This document shows positions 19,299 to 28,879 of a stretch of 64,000 nucleotides of DNA, in pieces. Origin of the DNA: a candidate division KSB3 bacterium (GTDB lineage: Bacteria > Moduliflexota > Moduliflexia > Moduliflexales > Moduliflexaceae); assembly GCA_002748425.1 (NCBI GenBank), contig PDSJ01000014.1, positions 128,021-192,020 of the forward strand. Direction: 5' to 3'. Made by a program: the position numbers and the translations under genes. The notes under the pieces were generated by a model, which did not search any database, was not told where the DNA came from, and saw only the letters and a list, made by a program, of their open reading frames with translations. Each line of letters starts with the position of its first letter. Position 1 is the first letter of the stretch.

Positions 19299-22088
19299 TT
19301 ATGAGCTGACAATGGCTGCACAAGGAGCGCAGATTTCAGGGTGCTCTGGGTTTTCGCCGACATTCGTGCGATAATGCCAGCAGCGCGAACATTTTTTTCC
19401 AGGGGCTTTCCCGATTTTCAGGAAAAGTCCTGCAACAGTTTCACTTGCGATCTGGTCCTCTGGAACCACAGTATGTTCTTCATGTAAAACAGCTTTTGAA
19501 ACGATGCACAGATCGTCGAGTCCCTCTTCGAACTGCTTTAAGAGTGTGTAGGTTGCCCCAGACGCGTAAATATCAACCGACGCATCGAGTGAATGGCCGA
19601 TAACTTTTTCTTTTCTGGCGTGTTCGAGGGTTTTCAGAATCTCACCGCGAACCGTGATAAAATCGCTCCAGCGCGCGTCCAGTTCCTCATTGAGCAGCGT
19701 AGCATCGACCTTTGGAAAATCTTGTAAATGTACGCTCTGCCCGCTGCTGTCGATATACCCCCAGCATTCTTCGGCGGTAAAGGAAAGAATCGGCGCCATC
19801 AGTTTGACCATAGCTGTAAGAATTGTGTTCATCGCTGTTTGGCCGGAACGCCGTTCTCTGGAGTCCGCTTTGGCGGTATACATACGATCTTTCAAAATAT
19901 CCAGGTAGAATGAACTCATTTCCACAACACAAAAATTATGGAAGGTATGAAAAAATACGTGGAATTCAAAATCTTCATACGCCTTCAGGATGCGCTTGAT
20001 GAGTATTTGCAGTCGATGAAGCGCCCACTTGTCGATATCCAGCATGTCATTGCAGGCCAGCGCGTCGCAGGCGGGATCGAAATCGTGAAGATTCCCCAGC
20101 ATGTACCGGCAAGTATTTCGAATACGGCGATAGGCATCGGCGATATGTTTCAGCAGTTCTTTTGAAATTGAGATATCGTTACGATAATCCTCAGACGAGA
20201 CCCAGAGGCGTAAGATTTCTGCGCCGTACTGTGTGATCACCTCTTGAGGCGCTGTGACATTTCCCTCTGACTTGGACATTTTTCGCCCGTCACTGTCTAC
20301 CACGTAGCCGTGAGTCAAGACGCTTTTATACGGAGCCTCTCCACGAGTCCCTACGGCTTCCAGCAGCGAGCTGTGGAACCATCCGCGATGTTGATCACTA
20401 CCCTCCAGATACAAATCCGCTGGCCAGGACAGATCCGGGTTCGGCTCAATAACCGCTGCGTGGCTCATTCCCGAATCGAACCAGACGTCCAGAATATCCT
20501 CATCTTTCGTGAAAGAGCTGCCTCCGCAGTTCTCGCAGGTCATTCCTTCCGGCATAAGTTCGCGTTCAGGCAGCTCGAACCAGATGTCCGCTCCATGTCG
20601 TTCAACTTTTTCAGCAACAAAGTCTACAAGCTCTTTTTTCAGGATTAAGTCTCCACAATCATTGCAATAAAAGGCTACGATCGGAACACCCCAGGCGCGC
20701 TGCCGGGAGATGCACCAATCCGGACGACTCTCGATCATGTTATAAATGCGTTCCTGCCCCCATTCAGGCATCCAGCGCACTTTACGAATGTTTTCGAGGG
20801 CCTTTTTGCGAAGATCGTTTTGCTTCATCAGAATAAACCATTGCGCTGTGGCCCGGAAGATTACCGGCTTTTTGCAGCGCCAGCAATGCGGGTATTGATG
20901 CTCGATGACTTCATCTGCCATGAGATCACCCTGTTCCTGAAGCAGTTCAACGATCGGCTTGTTGGCGTCGAAGACGTTCATGCCGGCAAAACGTTCAACC
21001 TCTTTGATGAATTTTCCCTGATGATCAACAGGCGCATAGATATCCAAGCCATAGCGTAAGCCGGTCTCATAATCTTCCTGCCCGTGGCCGGGAGCGGTGT
21101 GGACACAGCCGGTTCCCTGGTCCAGAGTGACATAATCCGCCAGTACCAGTTTTGACGGGCGATCGATAAAAGGATGGCGGCATTCGAAGCCTTCAAGGGT
21201 CGCTCCGGGAAAACGCGCCAGAACCGCATAGTCATCTCCCCAGGCGAAACGTCCCGCCAAATCGTTCAGGAATCCTTCGGCAAAAATGAAAACTTCGTCG
21301 TTACGCTCAACAGCCACATATTCTAATTCAGGATGAAAAGCGATCCCGAGGTTTGCAGGCAGCGTCCAGGGGGTTGTCGTCCAAATCACAACCTTGACGT
21401 TCTTGCCGCTTAATTCCGGGGCAATTTTCTCAGGAGCTGAGCGTAAGGGAAATTTGACATAAACCGAAAGAGAATGGTGATTATGATACTCGACTTCTGC
21501 TTCGGCCAATGCTGTTTCGCAGGAAATGCACCAGCGGACAGACATCAGGCGTTTATCCACACTGCCTTTTTCAATGAAGCGTCCAAGCTCACGCATGGTT
21601 GTTGCTTCATAGTCATACTCCATGGTAATATACGGATTCTCCCAGTCACCGAGGACTCCCAGCCGTTTGAATTCATTGCGCTGAATGTCGAGAAACTTTT
21701 TAGCATAAAGCCGGCATTCTTTGCGAATATCACCTTTACTCAGGTGTTTGCCTTTTTTCATTAACTCAACTTCCACATTGTGCTCGATCGGTAAGCCGTG
21801 ACAATCCCAGCCGGGAATATAAGGAGCATCGAATCCCGTCATGTTGCGGAATTTGATAATAATATCTTTGAGTACTTTATTCAGGGCTGTGCCCATGTGG
21901 AGGTGTCCGTTTGCATAAGGCGGGCCGTCGTGCAGCACGTATTTCGGGCGTCCGGACGCTTTTTTCCGGATTTGCTGGTACAATTCTTCTGCTGCCCAAC
22001 GTTCGAGGACCTGCGGTTCGCGTGTCTGGAGGTTCGCCCGCATAGGAAAATCAGTTGTGGGTAGGTTGAGTGTCTCCTTATAATCCAT
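19299..22088 (-). CDS. ileS: isoleucine--tRNA ligase (type 1, C-terminal zinc finger)
   Basis: 929 aa. HIGH-class motif PYANGHLHMGTALNK, KMSKS motif, editing domain, C-terminal CxxC…CxxC (CSRCWHY…CAPC). Confidence 0.95.
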   Translation of the reverse strand: MDYKETLNLPTTDFPMRANLQTREPQVLERWAAEELYQQIRKKASGRPKYVLHDGPPYANGHLHMGTALNKVLKDIIIKFRNMTGFDAPYIPGWDCHGLPIEHNVEVELMKKGKHLSKGDIRKECRLYAKKFLDIQRNEFKRLGVLGDWENPYITMEYDYEATTMRELGRFIEKGSVDKRLMSVRWCISCETALAEAEVEYHNHHSLSVYVKFPLRSAPEKIAPELSGKNVKVVIWTTTPWTLPANLGIAFHPELEYVAVERNDEVFIFAEGFLNDLAGRFAWGDDYAVLARFPGATLEGFECRHPFIDRPSKLVLADYVTLDQGTGCVHTAPGHGQEDYETGLRYGLDIYAPVDHQGKFIKEVERFAGMNVFDANKPIVELLQEQGDLMADEVIEHQYPHCWRCKKPVIFRATAQWFILMKQNDLRKKALENIRKVRWMPEWGQERIYNMIESRPDWCISRQRAWGVPIVAFYCNDCGDLILKKELVDFVAEKVERHGADIWFELPERELMPEGMTCENCGGSSFTKDEDILDVWFDSGMSHAAVIEPNPDLSWPADLYLEGSDQHRGWFHSSLLEAVGTRGEAPYKSVLTHGYVVDSDGRKMSKSEGNVTAPQEVITQYGAEILRLWVSSEDYRNDISISKELLKHIADAYRRIRNTCRYMLGNLHDFDPACDALACNDMLDIDKWALHRLQILIKRILKAYEDFEFHVFFHTFHNFCVVEMSSFYLDILKDRMYTAKADSRERRSGQTAMNTILTAMVKLMAPILSFTAEECWGYIDSSGQSVHLQDFPKVDATLLNEELDARWSDFITVRGEILKTLEHARKEKVIGHSLDASVDIYASGATYTLLKQFEEGLDDLCIVSKAVLHEEHTVVPEDQIASETVAGLFLKIGKAPGKKCSRCWHYRTNVGENPEHPEICAPCAAIVSS

Positions 22089-22327
22089 GTGTATCGATTA
22101 GCGACAGGAGGCAGGGAGTCGACAAGTTGTCTCCACACCCCAAATCCCTAATATCATTCGCAATCTCTATGATGTTGCCTGGGATAGTGTCTCTCATTCC
22201 AGAAGTGCGAGCAGAGTAGAAAGAAGCAGGTTTTTCTGTCAAGGGAAAAAAGAGTTTCCTGCATATCTCACAACTGGTCTCCATGTTCTCTGAAACGCAG
22301 GGAAGGCCGCTTGGAGATCGAGATCCT

Positions 22328-24715
22328 TCATTCAGCCGGCCCATGCTCCTGTTCGTGTCCGTGACAGTGTTTTGGGTTCAGTATGACCATTAAAGCAGGG
22401 GTGATAAAATAATCAGCCAACAATGCCGCCAGAATCGCAAACGTGGTCAGCAGACCAAAGCAGCGTACATTGTTCATAGTGGCGAAACTGTAGATAAAAA
22501 AGCCAAGTGACAGCACAAGCGATGTTACCAGCATGGCGCGCCCGGTGCTTTGCAGGGTTTCATGCACGGCAGTGACCGGATCGCCGCTTTCTTCGTAATA
22601 GCGACGGAAGTTATGCATGAAATGAATGGTATCATCCACCGCTAATCCGATCGCGATACTGGCAATCAACATTGTGAACATATCGAGTGGAAACGACAGT
22701 GCCCCGAGGACCCCCAGCGTCAGCAGAATCGGGAAGAGATTCGGAATCATGCTGACCAGGCCGATTCTGAACGTGCCGATCAGCAGGATCATCAGGGTGG
22801 TAATCACGAGGAGCGCTGTAATGTAGCTGCGCAGCATTGTGTGGAGACTACTGGAAAGTACCTGGGCCAGCAGCATCATCATGCCGGTAAATTCTACCTT
22901 GGCGTCTGGAAAATGAGCACTGAAGTACGCTTGGAGCCTGGGGATAAAGAGACTATATTGATACGCATCTTTAAAAGGCACTTTGACGGTAAAACGGGCC
23001 ATGGAAAATTGATTATCCACCAGATCTTCAAGGTCATCCGATCCACTCATTTCAAAAAGCAGGAGTTCTTGAGCAATGAGCTGACGGTTCCGGGGAATCT
23101 TATAGAACCCCTCACGGTTTTCATGTAAGGCCCGATTAGTCTCTTTGACAATTGAGGTGATCGACCAAGCTTTTCCGATATAGAGATTCTCATGCTCCAT
23201 GTCTTCGAAATCGGCGGCAGCCTGTTCCAGGCGTTGTAATATATCCGGATCGTAAAGTCCGTTTTCCCTGCCGGTATCAAGGACGACTTCCAGAGTCAGC
23301 GTCCCCCGCATCACCGCGTCGATACGTTCGGTTGCGCGTCGGATCGCGTTTTCTTTTGGGAACCATTCCAGAGGGTGATGCGAAAAACGCAGCGAGCTGA
23401 TCGGAATAATTGACAGCGCAAGCATAAGCGTTGAGACGGCCAGAATGGTCCAGGGGCGTCCGGTTGCAATGTTGCCAATCCCGGTCAGCAGGCGATCAAT
23501 CCTCGTTTGCCTCTGCTCACGGGCTGCCGCCTTCTTGGACCGAATCGGAATCAGGGCAAGCAGCGCCGGAAGCAGAAGCAGCGTATACACGAAGGCGAGC
23601 AGTACGCCAATCGCCGCAAAAGTGCCTAGATCCGAAACGGGCGCAACTTCCGCGCCGATAAAAGAGAACAAGCCACCGGCCGTGGTCATATTTGTCATCA
23701 CGACAGCCAGGCCAGAGTGTCCCATGGCGTAGACAGTCGCCTCCTCTTTTTGTCCGTGTCGCTCGAAATAATGGAAGAAAAGTGCCAGAATATGAACCGA
23801 CGTGCCGACACCTACTGCCAGCAAGAATGAGGGAAGAATTTGTGTTGGTGGTTTCAGTGTCGCTCCGAAGGCCGCCATCAGTCCGAGGGTCGACAGCAGC
23901 GACAGCAGCACGATTACTAACGGCAGCAAGACTCCGCTGATACGGCGGAACATGAGAAAGAGCAGCACCACGATCGTCAGGAGCGCAAGCCCCATAAAGC
24001 TCTGCATATCTTTGGCGATCGAACGCGTGAGAAAATGGATCACGACCGGCGATCCCGCAAGTGAAATACGAAACTCTTCGGCCTCATATCGTTGGATGAT
24101 CTCTTGCACTGTGCGGACCATGACGGAGTTTTCCTCATCGCTCAACGGTCTTTTCTCTCCGTATTCATCTGGCTCTGGGGCATAGTGCACCGGCTGAAGG
24201 AGAATAACGGTGCATGTCCCATCCTCGGAAATCAACAAATTTTTGTACAAGGCGTTGTTCAGTGTCCGTTCTTTCAGGGCTGCCGTTTCAGTCCTGTTTT
24301 CCGGAAAATGTTCCAACAGGTCTTCAACAATCAATTCATCGTTTTCGCCGCGTGTGCTGCGGGCGTTCACCAGACTTGTCAGATCTTCAAGATACGGGAT
24401 CTGAGTTTCAAGTTCTTCATGCAATTGCTGCAAGCGTTTCAGGAATTCCGCGTCGAAGATATTTTGCGATTGAATCGCCGCCACGATGATTTCATCTCGT
24501 CCGAACTGATCCCGAAAGCGATTGTAGGCTTGCAGCGCAGGATCATCCTTGTGCAGAAAACCTTCTGTCGACATATCCATCGTCAGGCTTGAAAGCTGCG
24601 AGAGCAGGGCTGCAATCACACAACTCATCACCACAAGAGTTGTGATCTTATGGCGGTAGATGATCCTGGCAACATCTTCAAATTTCTCTTCTATCGTCTT
24701 TCTTATAGATTTCAT
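22328..24715 (-). CDS. RND-superfamily exporter (MMPL/SSD domain, 2x6 TM)
   Basis: 795 aa. Two hydrophobic 6-helix bundles separated by large loop domains, typical of MMPL/HpnN-like RND exporters. Confidence 0.75.
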   Translation of the reverse strand: MKSIRKTIEEKFEDVARIIYRHKITTLVVMSCVIAALLSQLSSLTMDMSTEGFLHKDDPALQAYNRFRDQFGRDEIIVAAIQSQNIFDAEFLKRLQQLHEELETQIPYLEDLTSLVNARSTRGENDELIVEDLLEHFPENRTETAALKERTLNNALYKNLLISEDGTCTVILLQPVHYAPEPDEYGEKRPLSDEENSVMVRTVQEIIQRYEAEEFRISLAGSPVVIHFLTRSIAKDMQSFMGLALLTIVVLLFLMFRRISGVLLPLVIVLLSLLSTLGLMAAFGATLKPPTQILPSFLLAVGVGTSVHILALFFHYFERHGQKEEATVYAMGHSGLAVVMTNMTTAGGLFSFIGAEVAPVSDLGTFAAIGVLLAFVYTLLLLPALLALIPIRSKKAAAREQRQTRIDRLLTGIGNIATGRPWTILAVSTLMLALSIIPISSLRFSHHPLEWFPKENAIRRATERIDAVMRGTLTLEVVLDTGRENGLYDPDILQRLEQAAADFEDMEHENLYIGKAWSITSIVKETNRALHENREGFYKIPRNRQLIAQELLLFEMSGSDDLEDLVDNQFSMARFTVKVPFKDAYQYSLFIPRLQAYFSAHFPDAKVEFTGMMMLLAQVLSSSLHTMLRSYITALLVITTLMILLIGTFRIGLVSMIPNLFPILLTLGVLGALSFPLDMFTMLIASIAIGLAVDDTIHFMHNFRRYYEESGDPVTAVHETLQSTGRAMLVTSLVLSLGFFIYSFATMNNVRCFGLLTTFAILAALLADYFITPALMVILNPKHCHGHEQEHGPAE

Positions 24716-24799
24716 GTGATCCTCTTCAGAGGCTTAAGCATATAAGGGGAAAAGCGCTGTGAGCATCTTGAAAATACTCACAGCTTCAGCACAGGTACT

Positions 24800-25849
24800 T
24801 TACGTGCTAAGACTGTGTAAACGCCGACGAAATTCGGAAGGTACGATCCGCGTTTTACGGGCAATCTGCTTACGTGTCCTCAGCATTGCGGGCAGGAGCC
24901 TCATGACATCAATGAGTGTGGAAAACAGCGCGGGACGTATCAGAAGCACATAGGCCCACATAAGCATTTCGTAGCGCAGTATCGCCGGCAGTCCCACAAG
25001 CAAATCGCGCCATGAGACGTTTTTCAGGATCGTGAGATAGCGGTTCACCAGGACATGACGCTGGATGAACAAGGGCTTGCTGCTGAAGCTGACTTTCGGT
25101 AACAAAGGGAGACGTTCGAACCAGGGAGCAGCTTTGGATTGAGAGTTGAGGCCGCCCCCACGATAATGATAGGCCACGGCCGTTGGTTCATAGACTGCTT
25201 GCCAGCCGCAAAGCTGGGCGCGCCAGCCAATGTCGAGATCCTCATAAAACGCAAAATAGTGTTCGTCAAAGTATTGATCGGCGAGTCGAATCTCTTCGAG
25301 CATGGCCCGGCGATAGAAGGCAACCGCTCCACAGACTGAAAAAACAGGGCCTGACCGTTCATACTGTCCCTGATCTTTTTCACCATAACCTCGTTCTAAC
25401 GGGGATATGTCGGGACGGAGAAATTGTCCGGTGGAATCAAGGGTCTGCCTGTCGAAGCGCAGCAGTTTCCCGCTGAACATTCCACAATGCGGATTGCATG
25501 CTGCAGAACGGACAAGCTGTTCGACGAAATTTGCTTCCAGGATGATATCGGGATTAAGCAGCAGAATGTATTCTCCATGAGCCTTTCGAATGCCGAGATT
25601 CGCGCCGCCGCAGTATCCGAGGTTCTTGTGATTGAGCAAAAGGCGCTCGTGCCTGTAATGAGTGTGCAGTAATTCCGCCGAGCCGTCGTCTGAAGCATTA
25701 TCGATGACAAACAGTTCCAGATACGGGTACGATTGTTCCCGGATCGAGCGAAGGCATTCTGGAAGAAAGCGTTTCCCATTCCAATTAATCAGGATAATCG
25801 AAACAAGCTGTTTTGTATGCGATGACGGATGTTGTGATTTTTGCTGCAT
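24800..25849 (-). CDS. glycosyltransferase family 2
   Basis: LVSIILINWNGKRFLPECLRSI…FVIDNASDDGS, the classic GT2 N-terminus with DxD region. Confidence 0.75.
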   Translation of the reverse strand: MQQKSQHPSSHTKQLVSIILINWNGKRFLPECLRSIREQSYPYLELFVIDNASDDGSAELLHTHYRHERLLLNHKNLGYCGGANLGIRKAHGEYILLLNPDIILEANFVEQLVRSAACNPHCGMFSGKLLRFDRQTLDSTGQFLRPDISPLERGYGEKDQGQYERSGPVFSVCGAVAFYRRAMLEEIRLADQYFDEHYFAFYEDLDIGWRAQLCGWQAVYEPTAVAYHYRGGGLNSQSKAAPWFERLPLLPKVSFSSKPLFIQRHVLVNRYLTILKNVSWRDLLVGLPAILRYEMLMWAYVLLIRPALFSTLIDVMRLLPAMLRTRKQIARKTRIVPSEFRRRLHSLST

Positions 25850-26426
25850 AATACGTTACTGAAACAGGTCCGCATGACGCCGGCAAGAGAATTTTTAACT
25901 TTTTGTGAAATTGTAGTTTTTTTCGCTTTCTTGTGCGTGTATGAAATAAGTCTTGACAATTGAATGGCGATGTTATAGAAGAAATACACAGGCATGACAG
26001 CCCATACTGACATGCGGGGTTGAAAAGGGGTAAACCGTCGGGAAGGGCGTCTTTATTATGCTGTAGCTGGCTTTTAGGCTTTGGGGGGAATTCACCGTAT
26101 CGACCTGGAAAATATTTCAGTGCGATTTTGTATCTTCTCACCTGGGGAGTTTTGGGAGTCAGGCACTGGATTCAAAGTCTGATACGTCGCTTGAGGAGGC
26201 GGATAAGGCTCTTGAAAAATTTGCGCGAAGACTTTATGCCCAAATGACGCTGACGGACAGTGGAAGGATTGAATCTGAATTTTCAGGCTTCCTGGATTTT
26301 CATACTCCAGTACCGCAAAAGACGTTGAACTCATGAAGTGTCTTTATTGAGCCGCAAGTGAGCGAAAAGGAGAAAGCGGGGTTGCCTCAGCTTGAAACTC
26401 TTTCCTCACCTTGTGATCTTGTTCTT

Positions 26427-28844
26427 ATGAAGAAATTATCCACGCATATTGTTCTCTATCTGATCGTCCTTATCCTCTCGTACTCATCAGAGGTCTCTGC
26501 CAGAGAGATTCTTAAAATTACTCGTGATCACTTTGAGTTTCGGAATGCACCCCAAGCGTCGGATGACACCTTTATCAGCACCTTGCGAGTCGATACCCCT
26601 GTCGAATGGACCGGGAAGATTTCCGGGAAGTGGTTTGAGGTAAAAGCCCCGAGCGGTTTAGTCGGATGGGTGCACAGCAGCGGCTTGTCAAATCCGAAGA
26701 CTCCTGTGCCCCGTCCTCAAAAAACCATAGCTCCGAGCAGTGTTGTACGTCGGCCTTCTTCGTCAGCGCAAGTGTCGAAGTTGAAAGCCTCGGTTAAGAC
26801 TCTTAAAAAAACCAACGCGCAGTATGAAGCAAAGCTCAAAGAACAAGATCGCAGACTTCAGGAGTCTTCCGAGAGGATTGGAGAACTGGAAGAAAAGCTC
26901 TCTGATGCTGATCAGCGTCTCAACGATCAGGAGCAGCTTTGCACCTTGCATGAGCGCAAAGCCGATGAAGCTGAACAGCGCGTGCTTGTTCTGGAAGAGA
27001 CGATTAAAGAGAAAGACGACGCCTTGATGAGCGCAAAGGTCGAGACAACCAGACTCCACAATGAATTGCAGAATATTCGCACTGAACACAGCGCTTTGCT
27101 GTCGCCTGAGCGACTGTTGCTGCTGCTTTCACTGTTTGTAAATGCCCTCGGCTTTATCTTCTTTCTTGCGATGAGAAAGAGGCCTGCGGCTGGAAAAGGC
27201 GCTGCTCCGATGCTCATACGTGAAGATGTTAAGCATAGCGATCAGGAAACTGAAGATACGGATCGTAGGGAAGAGGTTATTTCAGGCAAAGATGAAGGTC
27301 TTGAGCTGGATTCCCAGGGACATGCTCTTGAAAACGACGATCAGATGAAAGAACTGGATGTCGTGATGACGTCATCACACGCGGAGGGACGTATTTCTGA
27401 AGATGCCGGCAGCGATGAGGTGGAGATTGACCTGGGCGATGTGCTCCCTGCAGCGTCGGCTGGAGTCACGACGGTGCATACCGGTAGCTCCGATAATGAT
27501 AATTCATATGCTAAGTTAGACCCGCTGCCTGCTGTACCCGAGGAGAGAGAACAAGGTCTTGTGCATGAAGAATCGGTAGAAGAAATCATCAGCCAGCACA
27601 CAGACGGAGAGTCCATCCTGGATGATGAGCCTCTTATTGTTGGGGGAAGCCTTCTTGATGAAGACCGTCTGGAGTGTTCTGAAGAATCAGAGCATGTGGA
27701 AGAACTTCTCGAAGATTCTGACGAGACGCTTGAAGAGATCGAGAAGCTTGTCCAGGAGGATCCTGAACTCGTCGAAGGATTCGGTGATGATGCAGAGTTG
27801 CCGGAAGAAGGGCTTCAAGCTGTTGAAATCAGTGGAGAGAGTTTCGAACAGCTCCCAAAAAGTGAAACTCAGCTCATTGAAAGTGAGGAGGAAGACGAAG
27901 GCCTTTTTGAAGATCTGCCCGAAAATTTCCATCTGGAAGAGGATGGCCCCGGAGAGGAGCATGTTGAAGAGAAGTGTGAAGACGAGGATGAAGATGAGTT
28001 GGTTCTGGAAATTCCGGGCATTGTTGACGAGGAAGAGTACGAACATGGAATGGGGGGTTTTGAGACAGTGTCTGAAACGGACCTTGCTGAGTTTGAGGCT
28101 GAAAAACTCCCTGACGACTACAGTTGGGACGCTGATGACGTTACTGCAGATGTTGCGGAAGAAGTCCCCGACATTGACGGGTTTCAAGAAGAGACGCATG
28201 AGAGTGCTTCCATCAATGCCGACGATCCCCAGCTTGAGGAATTTACTGACAACTTGGGCGAAGCCGCATCACAGTCTGTTGAAGTGATGGTTGCCGGAGA
28301 AGTCGACGATGAAGAACCCTATGATTTCAGCGAAACATTGGAAATGGATTTGGAAGCATTTAAAGTTGAAGAAACCGTCCCTGTCGATGACCAGGATCAT
28401 GCTATTTCCAAAGCCTTACATGACGATCGTGAGGAAATCAACATCGAAAAAGACGACCTGGATATTTTTTCAGAGCTTGAGAAACTTCCTGAATCTGATG
28501 CTGAAGACGTTTCTGCCGCCCTCCTGGATCAGGACGCCCCTTCGTTCCTCGAACCGTCGCCGTTTTTGATTGAGCCGGAACATGAGCCGGAAGAGCCCTC
28601 TGTCCCAGTGGAGCGGGATGCACGGGAACAAGGCTATGCCATCGAATTGCAGGATGCCGGTCATAATAAGGAACATGTCATTCATGTCTTATCAAAAGTG
28701 AATGGTCTCCTGGCCGGTCCAGAAGAATTAGTCGAGAGTGTCCCCTGTATAATTGCAAAAGGGGCTGGAAAAAGCGATGCTGAAAATTTTCGCGTGATTA
28801 TGGAGAAATTAGGCGCAAAGATTCGTTTGTTTCCTGAAAGCTGA
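26427..28844 (+). CDS. membrane-anchored hyper-acidic protein: signal peptide, SH3b, coiled coil, TM, ~500-aa D/E-rich disordered region, C-terminal ribosomal bL12 (L7/L12) CTD-like domain
   Basis: Signal peptide MKKLSTHIVLYLIVLILSYSSEVSA. SH3b-like segment (…WFEVKAPSGLVGWVHSSGL). Heptad coiled coil. TM LLLLLSLFVNALGFIFFLAM followed by RKR (positive-inside). Long E/D-rich tail. The final ~70 aa (IELQDAGHNKEHVIHVLSKVNGLLAGPEELVESVPCIIAKGAGKSDAENFRVIMEKLGAKIRLF) align by eye to the E. coli bL12 CTD ([64 protein letters not shown]). Shared motifs: AGxNKxxVI, GxL, LVESxP, KxDAE, LxxxGA. Confidence 0.6.
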   Translation: MKKLSTHIVLYLIVLILSYSSEVSAREILKITRDHFEFRNAPQASDDTFISTLRVDTPVEWTGKISGKWFEVKAPSGLVGWVHSSGLSNPKTPVPRPQKTIAPSSVVRRPSSSAQVSKLKASVKTLKKTNAQYEAKLKEQDRRLQESSERIGELEEKLSDADQRLNDQEQLCTLHERKADEAEQRVLVLEETIKEKDDALMSAKVETTRLHNELQNIRTEHSALLSPERLLLLLSLFVNALGFIFFLAMRKRPAAGKGAAPMLIREDVKHSDQETEDTDRREEVISGKDEGLELDSQGHALENDDQMKELDVVMTSSHAEGRISEDAGSDEVEIDLGDVLPAASAGVTTVHTGSSDNDNSYAKLDPLPAVPEEREQGLVHEESVEEIISQHTDGESILDDEPLIVGGSLLDEDRLECSEESEHVEELLEDSDETLEEIEKLVQEDPELVEGFGDDAELPEEGLQAVEISGESFEQLPKSETQLIESEEEDEGLFEDLPENFHLEEDGPGEEHVEEKCEDEDEDELVLEIPGIVDEEEYEHGMGGFETVSETDLAEFEAEKLPDDYSWDADDVTADVAEEVPDIDGFQEETHESASINADDPQLEEFTDNLGEAASQSVEVMVAGEVDDEEPYDFSETLEMDLEAFKVEETVPVDDQDHAISKALHDDREEINIEKDDLDIFSELEKLPESDAEDVSAALLDQDAPSFLEPSPFLIEPEHEPEEPSVPVERDAREQGYAIELQDAGHNKEHVIHVLSKVNGLLAGPEELVESVPCIIAKGAGKSDAENFRVIMEKLGAKIRLFPES

Positions 28845-28879
28845 GCGAGAGAACGCGACGGTGAAATTAGTGTATGCTC

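Noticed and set aside
27622-28287. 221-aa ORF in an alternative + frame inside the acidic-protein gene (K/R/S-rich translation)
   Set aside because: It is an artefact of the GAA/GAG/GAT-rich codon run read out of frame. It lies wholly inside a longer ORF with coherent domain structure.
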